DNA from: Candidatus Saccharimonadota bacterium
Lineage (GTDB): Bacteria > Bacteroidota > Bacteroidia > Flavobacteriales > Blattabacteriaceae
NCBI RefSeq assembly: GCF_964030875.1
Contig: NZ_OZ034981.1
Span: forward strand, 90,001 to 122,000
Length of the DNA: 32,000 nt
Direction of reading: 5' to 3'
This document shows, in pieces, positions 1-7,263 of the stretch; within the stretch, counting starts at the first letter, position 1, and every line of letters starts with the position of its first letter. A model generated the notes under the pieces. The model made no database searches, had not been told where the DNA came from, and worked only from the letters and a program-made list of their open reading frames with translations. A program made the translations under genes and the position numbers.

Positions 1-905
1 TGTGCTAAACTTTCCTTTTCTTTCCACATTTCTTCTGTAAAGTGCAACTTTACTTCATTGAATATATTCCTGTATTTTTCAATAAGTTGTTTCTTATCAG
101 AAGAATATTTTGAAGCTTTATATGTTTTATCAGAAGTTATCTTCTGAATTTTATCATAAAGTTCTTTATCCTGTACTTCATAAAAATGATCAAATCTTTT
201 AGTACTAAATTTTTCTAGTTTATAGGCTAAACGTATCTGTGCATTTACCTGATCTTTTATAACTTCCTGTGCGAAAGCAATTGCGGATAATATTTCTTTT
301 TCTGATATTTCTTTCATCTCCCCTTCTATCATAATAAGGGCTTCTTTAGAAGCTCCAACAATCATATCGATATCATATTTTAAAATTTCTTCTATATTGG
401 GATGAATAATGAATTTGTTATTACAACGTACAATGCGGACCTCGGAAATAGGTCCATTAAAGGGGATATCCGAAACAGCTAATGCTGATGAAGCTGCTAA
501 TCCTGCTAATCCATCTGGTAAGACTGAGTTATCATAAGAAAGCAGTGAAATCATAATCTGTATTTCAGCATGGAATTTTTTTGTAAAAAAAGGTCTTAAT
601 ACACGATCTACAATACGAGGGATTAAAATTTCTCTATACGTAGGACGCACTTCTCTCTTGAAAAATCCACCAGGAATTTTACCGGTCGCATAATATTTTT
701 CTTTATAGTCTACAGTAAGAAGTAAAAAACCTGTATTTTTCTTTATAGTTTCTTTGGAAGCTACAACAGTAGCTAAAATCATAGTATTTCCCATTTTTAC
801 AACAACGGAACCATCAGACTGTTTAGCTAGAAATCCAGTTTCTATATGAATCCTACGACCGTATGTGATAGATATTTTTTCTGAAATAATACTTGATTTT
901 TTCAT
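1..905 (-). CDS. pnp: polyribonucleotide nucleotidyltransferase (PNPase), N-terminal part; the gene runs off the left edge of the window
   Basis: The minus-strand frame is open from the ATG at 905-903 to the window edge. My translation MKKSSIISEKISITYGRRIHIETGFLAKQSDGSVVVKMGNTMILATVV...YKEKYYATGKIPGGFFKREVRPTYREILIPRIVDRVLRP matches the first RNase-PH-like domain of PNPase. It lies directly downstream of rpsO, the classical arrangement. Confidence 0.9.
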   Translation of the reverse strand, partial: MKKSSIISEKISITYGRRIHIETGFLAKQSDGSVVVKMGNTMILATVVASKETIKKNTGFLLLTVDYKEKYYATGKIPGGFFKREVRPTYREILIPRIVDRVLRPFFTKKFHAEIQIMISLLSYDNSVLPDGLAGLAASSALAVSDIPFNGPISEVRIVRCNNKFIIHPNIEEILKYDIDMIVGASKEALIMIEGEMKEISEKEILSAIAFAQEVIKDQVNAQIRLAYKLEKFSTKRFDHFYEVQDKELYDKIQKITSDKTYKASKYSSDKKQLIEKYRNIFNEVKLHFTEEMWKEKESLA

Positions 906-911
906 ATAAAA

Positions 912-1211
912 TTATTTTCTTAGGTTCAATTCTTTTATTATTATCCTATATCGATTAATATCAAAATTTTTTATGTACTTAAGTAGTTTTCTGCGTTTTC
1001 CTACTAGATTAATGAGAGATTTTTGAGTATGAAAATCTTTTCTATGTTTTTTAAGATGTTCAGTCATATGCTTTATTCTCTGAGTAAGAAGAGCAATTTG
1101 ACCTTCTGAAGAACCCGTATTAGTAACTAATGTACCGAATTTGTCTAAAATTTTTTGGGAAGTGGTTAAAGTGGTTAAAGTGGTTAAAGTGGTTAAAGTG
1201 GTTAAATACAT
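912..1211 (-). CDS. rpsO: 30S ribosomal protein S15 with an N-terminal (LTT)5 repeat insertion
   Basis: 99-aa ORF. ...GSSEGQIALLTQRIKHMTEHLKKHRKDFHTQKSLINLVGKRRKLLKYIKNFDINRYRIIIKELNLRK is a full S15 fold. Codons 3-17 are the 9-bp array. Confidence 0.93.
   Translation of the reverse strand: MYLTTLTTLTTLTTLTTSQKILDKFGTLVTNTGSSEGQIALLTQRIKHMTEHLKKHRKDFHTQKSLINLVGKRRKLLKYIKNFDINRYRIIIKELNLRK
1162..1206. repeat. perfect tandem array, 9 bp x 5 (gtggttaaa), in frame inside rpsO
   Basis: Read directly from the sequence. On the coding strand it is tta-acc-act x5, giving LTT x5. Confidence 0.97.
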
Positions 1212-1222
1212 AATTATATTAT

Positions 1223-1285
1223 ATATAGACTAATATATAGACTAATATGCTAAACTAATATGCTAAACTAGACTAATATGCTATG
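1223..1285. repeat. compound short repeats (atatagactaat x2, then atgctaaactaat about x2, then gactaatatgcta again) in the rpsO/rpmE divergent spacer
   Basis: Read directly. The interleaved 12-13 bp units share actaat and atgcta cores. Confidence 0.8.
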
Positions 1286-1307
1286 GAGCAGTTTTTTTAT
1301 TATATAG

Positions 1308-1340
1308 ATTATGAAATATTATGAAATATTATGAAATATT
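1308..1340. repeat. tandem array, 10 bp x 3.3 (atgaaatatt), each unit containing an ATG, just upstream of rpmE
   Basis: Read directly. ATGs fall at 1311, 1321 and 1331; only 1321 is in frame with the rpmE ATG at 1357. Confidence 0.95.
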
Positions 1341-1356
1341 AAAAAAACATTTTATT

Positions 1357-1617
1357 ATGAAAAAAGGAATTCATCCCAAAAACTATAGATTGGTAGCTTT
1401 TAAAGATATGAGTAGTGAGGAAATATTCCTATGCCGTTCTACAGCTGAAACTAAAGATCAAATAGAAATAGATAATGTAAAATATCCACTAATAAAAATA
1501 GAAATATCTAGTAGTTCACATCCTTTTTTTATTGGTAAAATGAGATTTGTAGATACCGCTGGTAGAGTGGATAAATTTCTAACAAAATACAAGAATTACG
1601 GAAAAACTAATTTTTAA
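1357..1617 (+). CDS. rpmE: 50S ribosomal protein L31 (type B-like)
   Basis: MKKGIHPKNYRLVAFKDMSSEEIFLCRSTAETKD...IEISSSSHPFFIGKMRFVDTAGRVDKF is the L31 signature. I chose the conserved MKKGIHP start rather than the repeat-borne ATG at 1321. Confidence 0.9.
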   Translation: MKKGIHPKNYRLVAFKDMSSEEIFLCRSTAETKDQIEIDNVKYPLIKIEISSSSHPFFIGKMRFVDTAGRVDKFLTKYKNYGKTNF

Positions 1618-1630
1618 AGATTGGAAAAAT

Positions 1631-2653
1631 CTAAATATTATCCCACTCACAAATTGCTGTCGGAGTGATATTGATATTATCGAATATTCCTTTAATGTAT
1701 TTTATTTGAGCAGTCATAGCAATCATAGCTGCGTTATCAGTAGTATATTCTAATGGAAGGAGATGCAATTTCCAATTTTTTTCATTTGAAGCTTGTAAAA
1801 ATTTTCTACGTAATCCAGAATTAGCTGAAACACCTCCTGATAAGGCAATTCTAAAAATACCTGTTTTATAAATAGCCTGGTAGACTTTATCGAATAATAT
1901 ATTGACTAAAGTGTACTGTACTGATGCACAAATATCGTGTATATTATTTATAATAAAATTTGAATCATATTGTAACTTTTTTCGAATGAAGTATAAAAAT
2001 TGCGTTTTAAATCCGCTAAAGCTCAAATCTAGATTTTTTATTTGTGGTTTTGAAAAAAGGAATTTTTTATATTTCCCTTTCTGTGCATAACGATCTATCC
2101 ATATCCCTCCAGGATATCCTAGACCAAGAATTTTAGCTGCCTTATCAAAAGCTTCTCCCACGGAATCATCAATGGTTTTCCCAAGTAAAGTCATTTTAAA
2201 ATAATCGTCTACTTGTACTATTTGTGTATGTCCTCCGCTGACAGTAAGGCATAAAAATGGAAATTTCGGAGTGGAATTAAGTTCATTTCTTATAAAGTGA
2301 GCTAGAATATGTGCTTGTATATGATGTACGCTAATAATCGGAATGTCCCATGCTATAGCCAAAGACTTAGCAAATGAACTTCCTACTAGCAAGGATCCTA
2401 TCAGACCTGGTCCACGTGTAAAAGCTATAGCATCAATTTTATTTCTGTTCGATAACATAATAGCTTGATGAACTAATGGAACAATCTCTTTTTGGTGATA
2501 TCTAGAAGCAAGTTCAGGAACTACTCCTCCATAATAGTTATGTACTTGTTGAATTCCAATAATATTGGAAAGTACAACATCACCTTTCATAATAGACACA
2601 GCGGTGTCATCACAAGAAGATTCTATAGCAAGTATAACAGGATATTTTTTCAT
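1631..2653 (-). CDS. tsaD: tRNA N6-adenosine threonylcarbamoyltransferase (Kae1/Gcp family)
   Basis: ILAIESSCDDTAVSI...GPGLIGSLLVGSSFAKSLA...VHHIQAHILA...LTVSGGHTQI...GGVSANSGLR motifs. The ATG at 2653 is preferred over the GTG at 2662. Confidence 0.92.
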   Translation of the reverse strand: MKKYPVILAIESSCDDTAVSIMKGDVVLSNIIGIQQVHNYYGGVVPELASRYHQKEIVPLVHQAIMLSNRNKIDAIAFTRGPGLIGSLLVGSSFAKSLAIAWDIPIISVHHIQAHILAHFIRNELNSTPKFPFLCLTVSGGHTQIVQVDDYFKMTLLGKTIDDSVGEAFDKAAKILGLGYPGGIWIDRYAQKGKYKKFLFSKPQIKNLDLSFSGFKTQFLYFIRKKLQYDSNFIINNIHDICASVQYTLVNILFDKVYQAIYKTGIFRIALSGGVSANSGLRRKFLQASNEKNWKLHLLPLEYTTDNAAMIAMTAQIKYIKGIFDNINITPTAICEWDNI

Positions 2654-2828
2654 GGATAACACTATGAAAGATTAACATAAGGAAAAAACTTTTGATGGGA
2701 TTAATTAATATGTATCAATTCTTGCTTCCTTATTATATATTACAGAGATCTGACGGTGATTTTAATCACGATAACAACTATTCGCACTCTCCTTAGCAGG
2801 AGTAAGTATTATTCAAAGAAATACGGAG

Positions 2829-2913
2829 GGAGGGTTGCCAGAGTGGTTAATGGAGCAGTTTGCTAAACTGTCGGCGAGAAATCGTCGCGTGGGTTCAAAT
2901 CCCACACTCTCCG
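2829..2913 (+). tRNA. tRNA-Ser (anticodon GCU), type II with a long variable arm
   Basis: Hand-folded. Acceptor ggagggt/actctcc (one G-U), anticodon loop ttGCTaa, variable arm tcggcgagaaatcgtcgc, T-arm gtggg-ttcaaat-cccac. Confidence 0.88.
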
Positions 2914-2927
2914 CGGAGAACGTAGAA

Positions 2928-3001
2928 CGGAGTGTGGCGTAGTCTGGTATCGCGCCTGGTTTGGGACCAGGAGGTCACAGGTTCGAATCCTGTCACTCCG
3001 A
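2928..3001 (+). tRNA. tRNA-Pro (anticodon UGG)
   Basis: Perfect acceptor cggagtg/cactccg, anticodon stem cctgg/ccagg with loop ttTGGga, T-arm cacaggttcgaatcctgt. Confidence 0.93.
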
Positions 3002-3014
3002 CGAAGATTTTAAA

Positions 3015-3088
3015 GGTCACGTAGCTCAGATGGATAGAGCAACTGCCTTCTAAGCAGTCGGTCGCAGGTTCGAGACCTGCCGTGATTA
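3015..3088 (+). tRNA. tRNA-Arg (anticodon UCU)
   Basis: D-arm tagctcagatggatagagc, anticodon loop ctTCTaa, T-arm gcaggttcgagacctgc, acceptor ggtcacg/cgtgatt (two G-U pairs). Confidence 0.9.
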
Positions 3089-3103
3089 CTACATATTTGA
3101 TGA

Positions 3104-3137
3104 GTGTCCACGACTGGATAGTGTCCACGACTGGATT
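3104..3137. repeat. 17-bp tandem duplication (gtgtccacgactggata / gtgtccacgactggatt) covering the 3' acceptor strand and part of the T-arm of tRNA-Leu
   Basis: Read directly. Copy 2 (3121-3137) belongs to the tRNA; copy 1 (3104-3120) lies in its 3' trailer. Confidence 0.95.
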
Positions 3138-3205
3138 CGAACCAGCACATTCTTTCGAATACCACTCCCTCAAAGTAGCGTGTCTACCAATTCCACCACA
3201 TGGAC
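3122..3205 (-). tRNA. tRNA-Leu (anticodon GAG), type II
   Basis: The reverse complement folds as follows: acceptor gtccatg/cgtggac, D-arm tggtggaattggtagacac, anticodon stem ctact/agtgg with loop ttGAGgg, variable arm tattcgaaagaatg, T-arm gctggttcgaatccagt. Confidence 0.88.
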
Positions 3206-3401
3206 TTAATAGGTTTGATAAAAATTATTTACAGGTTGTAATGACAAGGCCCCCTTTCTTTTCCCCAAATATATTAACCCTGTATCTGCTGGTAATAGCA
3301 AAAATACCAAGTTACTCCTATACTTGAAGCCTAAGTCTTTATTTTTTGTTTTTTATCATATTTATTATCTTAGTAAAACAATACTGATAGATACTGTGCA
3401 T

Positions 3402-4079
3402 ATGAATATTGCTTTGATAGGATACGGAAAGATGGGAAAAGCTGTAGAAAAAATAGCCAGAAATCGTAACCATCAAATTGTCTTAATAAGCACGTGTACT
3501 CCTGATCTTACAACCCTTAAAGAGCTAAATATAGCTATAGAATTTAGTATCCCTGAAGCAGCTTTTAAAAATGTAAAAATTTGTTTAGAAAACAATATTC
3601 CTGTAGTTTGCGGAACGACTGGTTGGTTAGATCAACTTTCAGAAATAAAATCCTTGTGTCAAGAAAAAAACGGAACTTTTTTATATTCTTCTAATTTTAG
3701 TATAGGAGTTAATTTATTTTTTGAGATTAATCGGATATTTGCACATCTAATAGCGCCTTATAAGGAATATGAAGTCTCTATAGAAGAAAAACATCATACA
3801 GAAAAAAAAGACACTCCTAGTGGAACTGCGATGACTTTGGCTAAAGCAATATTAAATGAAGGAAAAGATGAACGAAAAAACCAATTAGTGATTACTTCTC
3901 AACGTATTGAGCATGTAATAGGTATACATACAATACGTTATCATTCCACTATAGACGATATTAGTTTACAGCATAGAGCTAATAATCGTGAAGGTTTTGC
4001 TCTTGGAGCTGTTGTAGCTGCTGAATGGGTATATAAAAAAAAAGGTCTTTTTTCTATGAAAGATGTTTTAGGAGTATAA
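3402..4079 (+). CDS. dapB: 4-hydroxy-tetrahydrodipicolinate reductase
   Basis: MNIALIGYGKMGKAVEKIA (NAD-binding GxGxxG), ...EEKHHTEKKDTPSGTA (the E-x-HH-x-K-D-PSGTA catalytic box), ...ANNREGFALGAV. The ATG at 3402 is preferred over the TTG at 3324. Confidence 0.92.
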   Translation: MNIALIGYGKMGKAVEKIARNRNHQIVLISTCTPDLTTLKELNIAIEFSIPEAAFKNVKICLENNIPVVCGTTGWLDQLSEIKSLCQEKNGTFLYSSNFSIGVNLFFEINRIFAHLIAPYKEYEVSIEEKHHTEKKDTPSGTAMTLAKAILNEGKDERKNQLVITSQRIEHVIGIHTIRYHSTIDDISLQHRANNREGFALGAVVAAEWVYKKKGLFSMKDVLGV

Positions 4080-4082
4080 TAT

Positions 4083-5135
4083 ATGATCTGTATTCTAATT
4101 TTTTCGTCACTTTATCAAAAAGCTGTCCGAAATATCTGGTAAGCAGCTATACCAATTTATAGCTTTTGGGTAAAAATTACTCATAGACCAAAATGGTGTG
4201 CCCATAATTGGTGGAATGATGTATCCAATTATGTTGGTAGATTTCGTTTGTTGTTTCGATAAAAACAAAATTTAATAACTTTTATATAAATTCTAATAAA
4301 GAATTCATCATAGTAGAAAAACGTCCGTAAACAGTACTTTCATAATTTTTGTTTGCAATAGTATTTTCTTCTTTTGTGCATACTTATCTTATTCAGACCG
4401 ACTTCGTTTATGGAACGAACTTTAATGATAGGGTACTGTATTTTTGTAAGTCAACTTCATTATGGGTTCCGAATTCCTATTCCCCCTAAAGGATTACCCT
4501 TTATACAATTCCCGTAATGGGAATCCGATCAGATATAAATAACCTACGACTTCCTTATATTAGGTTACCAGCCATCACTCCTATTAGGAATAGGAGATCT
4601 TGTAGTATTTAATTTTCCATCCGATGATACAAACGCAACAGATAGAAAAGATCATTACATTAAACGTTGCGTGGCTATTTCTGGAGAAACATTGGAAAGA
4701 GAAACATTGGAAATTCAAGCTCGGAAAGTGAATGGGTAAAAAAATTCTTCAAAAGAATATGCTTATATCGTGCAAACCAAAGATAAGCCTCTCAATGAGA
4801 ATTTTAGAATTTTTGAAATTACAGATATACAATTTATAGAAAATCGTAATAATTCCGATATAAAAAATTGACAACGTCAAAAAATATTTATTCCCAAGAA
4901 GACTAAAAGAATTATATATTTTTATGTACCTAAAAAAGGAGATGTGATACAAAAAAAAATATCATCACAAATTATGAAGGGCATAAAACATCTTTTTTAG
5001 ATATGGAAAAATAGTAACTCACTACAATATAGAGAAGAATTATTATTTTATGATGGGAGATAATCGTAATAATTCATTTGATTACCGATATTGGGGTTTT
5101 TAAATGGTCCCGTGTTAAGACTCTTTATAAGTTTC
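4083..5135 (+). pseudogene. lepB: signal peptidase I pseudogene (in-frame stops and truncations)
   Basis: The frame starting at 4392 reads FRPTSFMERTLMIGYCIFVSQLHYGFRIPIPPKGLPFIQFP*WESDQI*...GDLVVFNFPSDDTNATDRKDHYIKRCVAISGETLE...VNG*. Later comes YYFMMGDNRNNSFDYRYWGF* (5038-5103). These are the S-box, KR-box and GDN/SxDSR boxes of LepB, broken by several stops. The gene sits downstream of dapB, as in Flavobacteriia. Confidence 0.85.
4685..4714. repeat. 15-bp tandem duplication (agaaacattggaaag/t) inside the lepB pseudogene
   Basis: Read directly. It encodes ETLER-ETLEI. Confidence 0.9.
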
Positions 5136-5136
5136 T

Positions 5137-5472
5137 TTATACTAGTAATTCTCGTTCTATATTTTCTATATAGTCTAATGAATCCTCAAGACGAAAATTG
5201 AGTTCGGGAATTTTTCTAATTTGATTTCGAAGACGTTGTCCTAAAAGGTGTTTATAATATAGGTGTTTATCTATTATTTCTTGTAAAATTTTTCTGTTTT
5301 CCTTTTTTGGGGAAAAAATACTTAAATATATCTTAGCTGAACTAAGATCCGAACTAATATGTACTCTTATTACACTAATCAACAATCCATTATTTACTGT
5401 TTCATAACGAAATATACTTGCTAACTCTTTTTGAATGAGTACTGTAATTTTTTTATTTCGTATGCTTACCAT
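5137..5472 (-). CDS. rbfA: ribosome-binding factor A
   Basis: MVSIRNKKITVLIQKELASIF...VRVHISSDLSSAKIYLSIF...LRNQIRKIPELNFRLEDSLDY is RbfA-like. The ATG at 5472 is preferred over the TTG at 5526. Confidence 0.88.
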   Translation of the reverse strand: MVSIRNKKITVLIQKELASIFRYETVNNGLLISVIRVHISSDLSSAKIYLSIFSPKKENRKILQEIIDKHLYYKHLLGQRLRNQIRKIPELNFRLEDSLDYIENIERELLV

Positions 5473-5557
5473 ATATTTCAACTTTTTCGTGTCCCCATCA
5501 CACTTGCTTACCTGTTTGCAAAACAATCAAATTTGTTGTAAAATTATGTAATTCTTG

Positions 5558-5634
5558 GGTCCCATAGCTCAGTTGGTTAGAGCACCTGACTCATAATTAG
5601 GTGGTCGCTGGTTCGATCCCAGCTGGGACCACCA
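5558..5634 (+). tRNA. tRNA with anticodon CAU (elongator Met or lysidine-modified Ile2), CCA encoded
   Basis: Perfect acceptor ggtccca/tgggacc, D-arm tagctcagttggttagagc, anticodon loop ctCATaa, T-arm gctggttcgatcccagc, 3' a-cca. The ggtcgctggttc segment resembles Ile2-type tRNAs, but identity cannot be settled by eye. Confidence 0.88.
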
Positions 5635-5771
5635 TGGAACACGTAATTAACTTAACCGTATAAGCAGTTTACGCAAGAAAGGGTTTCGTTTTCTACTCCA
5701 CGTTCTGAGATCTTTTCCAGGACGAAATTATAACGTCCTTTGCGAACTACATAGATATTATATTCTGCGGG

Positions 5772-5903
5772 AGCGGTTGCGGTAGCGGTTGCGGTAGCGG
5801 TTGCGGTAGCGGTTGCGGTAGCGGTTGCGGTAGCGGTTGCGGTAGCGGTTGCGGTAGCGGTTGCGGTAGCGGTTGCGGTAGCGGTTGCGGTAGCGGTTGC
5901 GGT
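5772..5903. repeat. perfect tandem array, 12 bp x 11 (gcggttgcggta, itself two GCGGTW hexamers)
   Basis: Read directly. It drives the artefactual (RNRY)n ORF 5758..5994. Confidence 0.97.
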
Positions 5904-6117
5904 AATCCAGGTTCAGTATGATGCTAAACATAGCGTTGGCCAATACGCTTCCCTCTTTCCCGTCAGCATTTATGAGTTCATTCGCACCAATCATAATGGG
6001 GTTTTACGTGCATCTATCACCTGTACCTTGATATTGTCACGAACCACTACTATTTTTTTATAATGAATTCTCGAGAATAAGTAATCTTTTCTTTAATAAG
6101 CAATCTTTAATAAGCAC

Positions 6118-6213
6118 ACTACTGTATTAACTACTGTATTCACTACTGTATTAACTACTGTATTCACTACTGTATTAACTACTGTATTAACTACTGTATT
6201 AACTACTGTATTA
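6118..6213. repeat. tandem array, 12 bp x 8 (actactgtatta, with units 2 and 4 ending in c), ending 21 bp before the rsmH ATG
   Basis: Read directly. The a/c alternation in units 1-4 gives a 24-bp higher-order period. Confidence 0.95.
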
Positions 6214-6234
6214 CAAGTACGAAAATATAAAGAA

Positions 6235-7140
6235 ATGACACTAAACTATCATACACCAATACTTATCAATCAAATTTTAGATTACCTTATTATCGATCCA
6301 AAAGGTACTTATATAGACGCCACATTTGGTGGAGGAGGACATAGCAGAGCTTTGTTAAAACTACTTGAAAAACAAGGAAAAATACTAGCTTTCGACCAAG
6401 ATGAAGAAGCTATTCAAAATAACATTGTTCAAGATCATCGGCTCGAGCTTTTTCATCAAAATTTTCTCCATATTGAAAATCTTTTACGTTTCAAGGGGAT
6501 TTCTAAAGTCTCTGGAATTTTAGCTGATTTAGGGGTGTCTTCTCATCAGTTAGATACCGCAGAACGAGGATTTTCTATGCGTTTTGATCATGATATAGAT
6601 ATGCGAATGAATAAAAAAGCTAAACAATCTGCTAAAACTATCATCAATACTTATTCAGAAGAAAAATTATACAGGATTTTTTCAGAATTTGGAGAATTGA
6701 AAAACTCTAGAAAATTGGCTAAAGCAATTGTTGTTAAAAACCGGGAAAAGCCGATAGAAACGACTTTTGAATTGATCAAAAGTATTGAAAATGAATTTGA
6801 TTATAAAAAAATCAAGTTTTTAGCACGAGTATTCCAAGCATTAAGAATGGAAGTCAACGGAGAAATAAAGGCGTTAAAACAATTGTTAATTAGTATACGA
6901 AGGATACTTAAAAAAGGTGGACACGTTGCTATTATATCTTATCATTCATTAGAAGATAGATTAGTGAAACAATTCTTTAAGAACGGAAGGTTTGATCAAA
7001 CCCCTGAAGAAGACTTTTATGGAAAAAAATTCCGACCTTTTCTGGTATTATCAAATAAACCTATTTTTCCTTCAGAGGAAGAAATTCGTAAAAATCCACG
7101 TGCGAAAAGTGCTCGTCTAAGAGTTGCGGAAAAAATATAG
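6235..7140 (+). CDS. rsmH: 16S rRNA (cytosine1402-N4)-methyltransferase
   Basis: HTPILINQILDYL...YIDATFGGGGHSRALL...ILADLGVSSHQLD...RGFSMRFD...ISYHSLEDRLVK...NPRAKSARLRVAEK are canonical MraW/RsmH motifs. Confidence 0.95.
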   Translation: MTLNYHTPILINQILDYLIIDPKGTYIDATFGGGGHSRALLKLLEKQGKILAFDQDEEAIQNNIVQDHRLELFHQNFLHIENLLRFKGISKVSGILADLGVSSHQLDTAERGFSMRFDHDIDMRMNKKAKQSAKTIINTYSEEKLYRIFSEFGELKNSRKLAKAIVVKNREKPIETTFELIKSIENEFDYKKIKFLARVFQALRMEVNGEIKALKQLLISIRRILKKGGHVAIISYHSLEDRLVKQFFKNGRFDQTPEEDFYGKKFRPFLVLSNKPIFPSEEEIRKNPRAKSARLRVAEKI

Positions 7141-7164
7141 AAATACGTAACTTCATTACTCTTT

Positions 7165-7239
7165 GGTGGATGTAGCTCAGTTGGTTAGAGCATTAGATTG
7201 TGGTTCTAAGGGTCGCCGGTTCGATCCCGGTCGTCCACC
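7165..7239 (+). tRNA. tRNA-His (anticodon GUG) with an encoded G-1
   Basis: The extra 5' G at 7165 sits opposite discriminator C7239. Acceptor gtggatg/cgtccac, anticodon loop ttGTGgt, T-arm gccggttcgatcccggt. Confidence 0.92.
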
Positions 7240-7263
7240 CTAACCCTACATCATAACGTTAAT

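Noticed and set aside
2895-3327. ORFs 2895..3173 (minus strand) and 3082..3327 (plus strand).
   Set aside because: They are laid over four well-folding tRNA genes. Their relative GC richness comes from tRNA sequence, not from coding.
5758-5994. ORF encoding an (RNRY)11 low-complexity protein. Similar cases are the (VALC)8 and (SATQ)8 ORFs at 30086..30435 and the AITASNYSEQLQR-repeat ORF at 13526..13708.
   Set aside because: These reading frames are kept open only by perfect tandem DNA repeats. They lie in degraded regions, have no recognisable domain, and at 30086..30435 are open on both strands. I treat them as DNA-level arrays, not genes.
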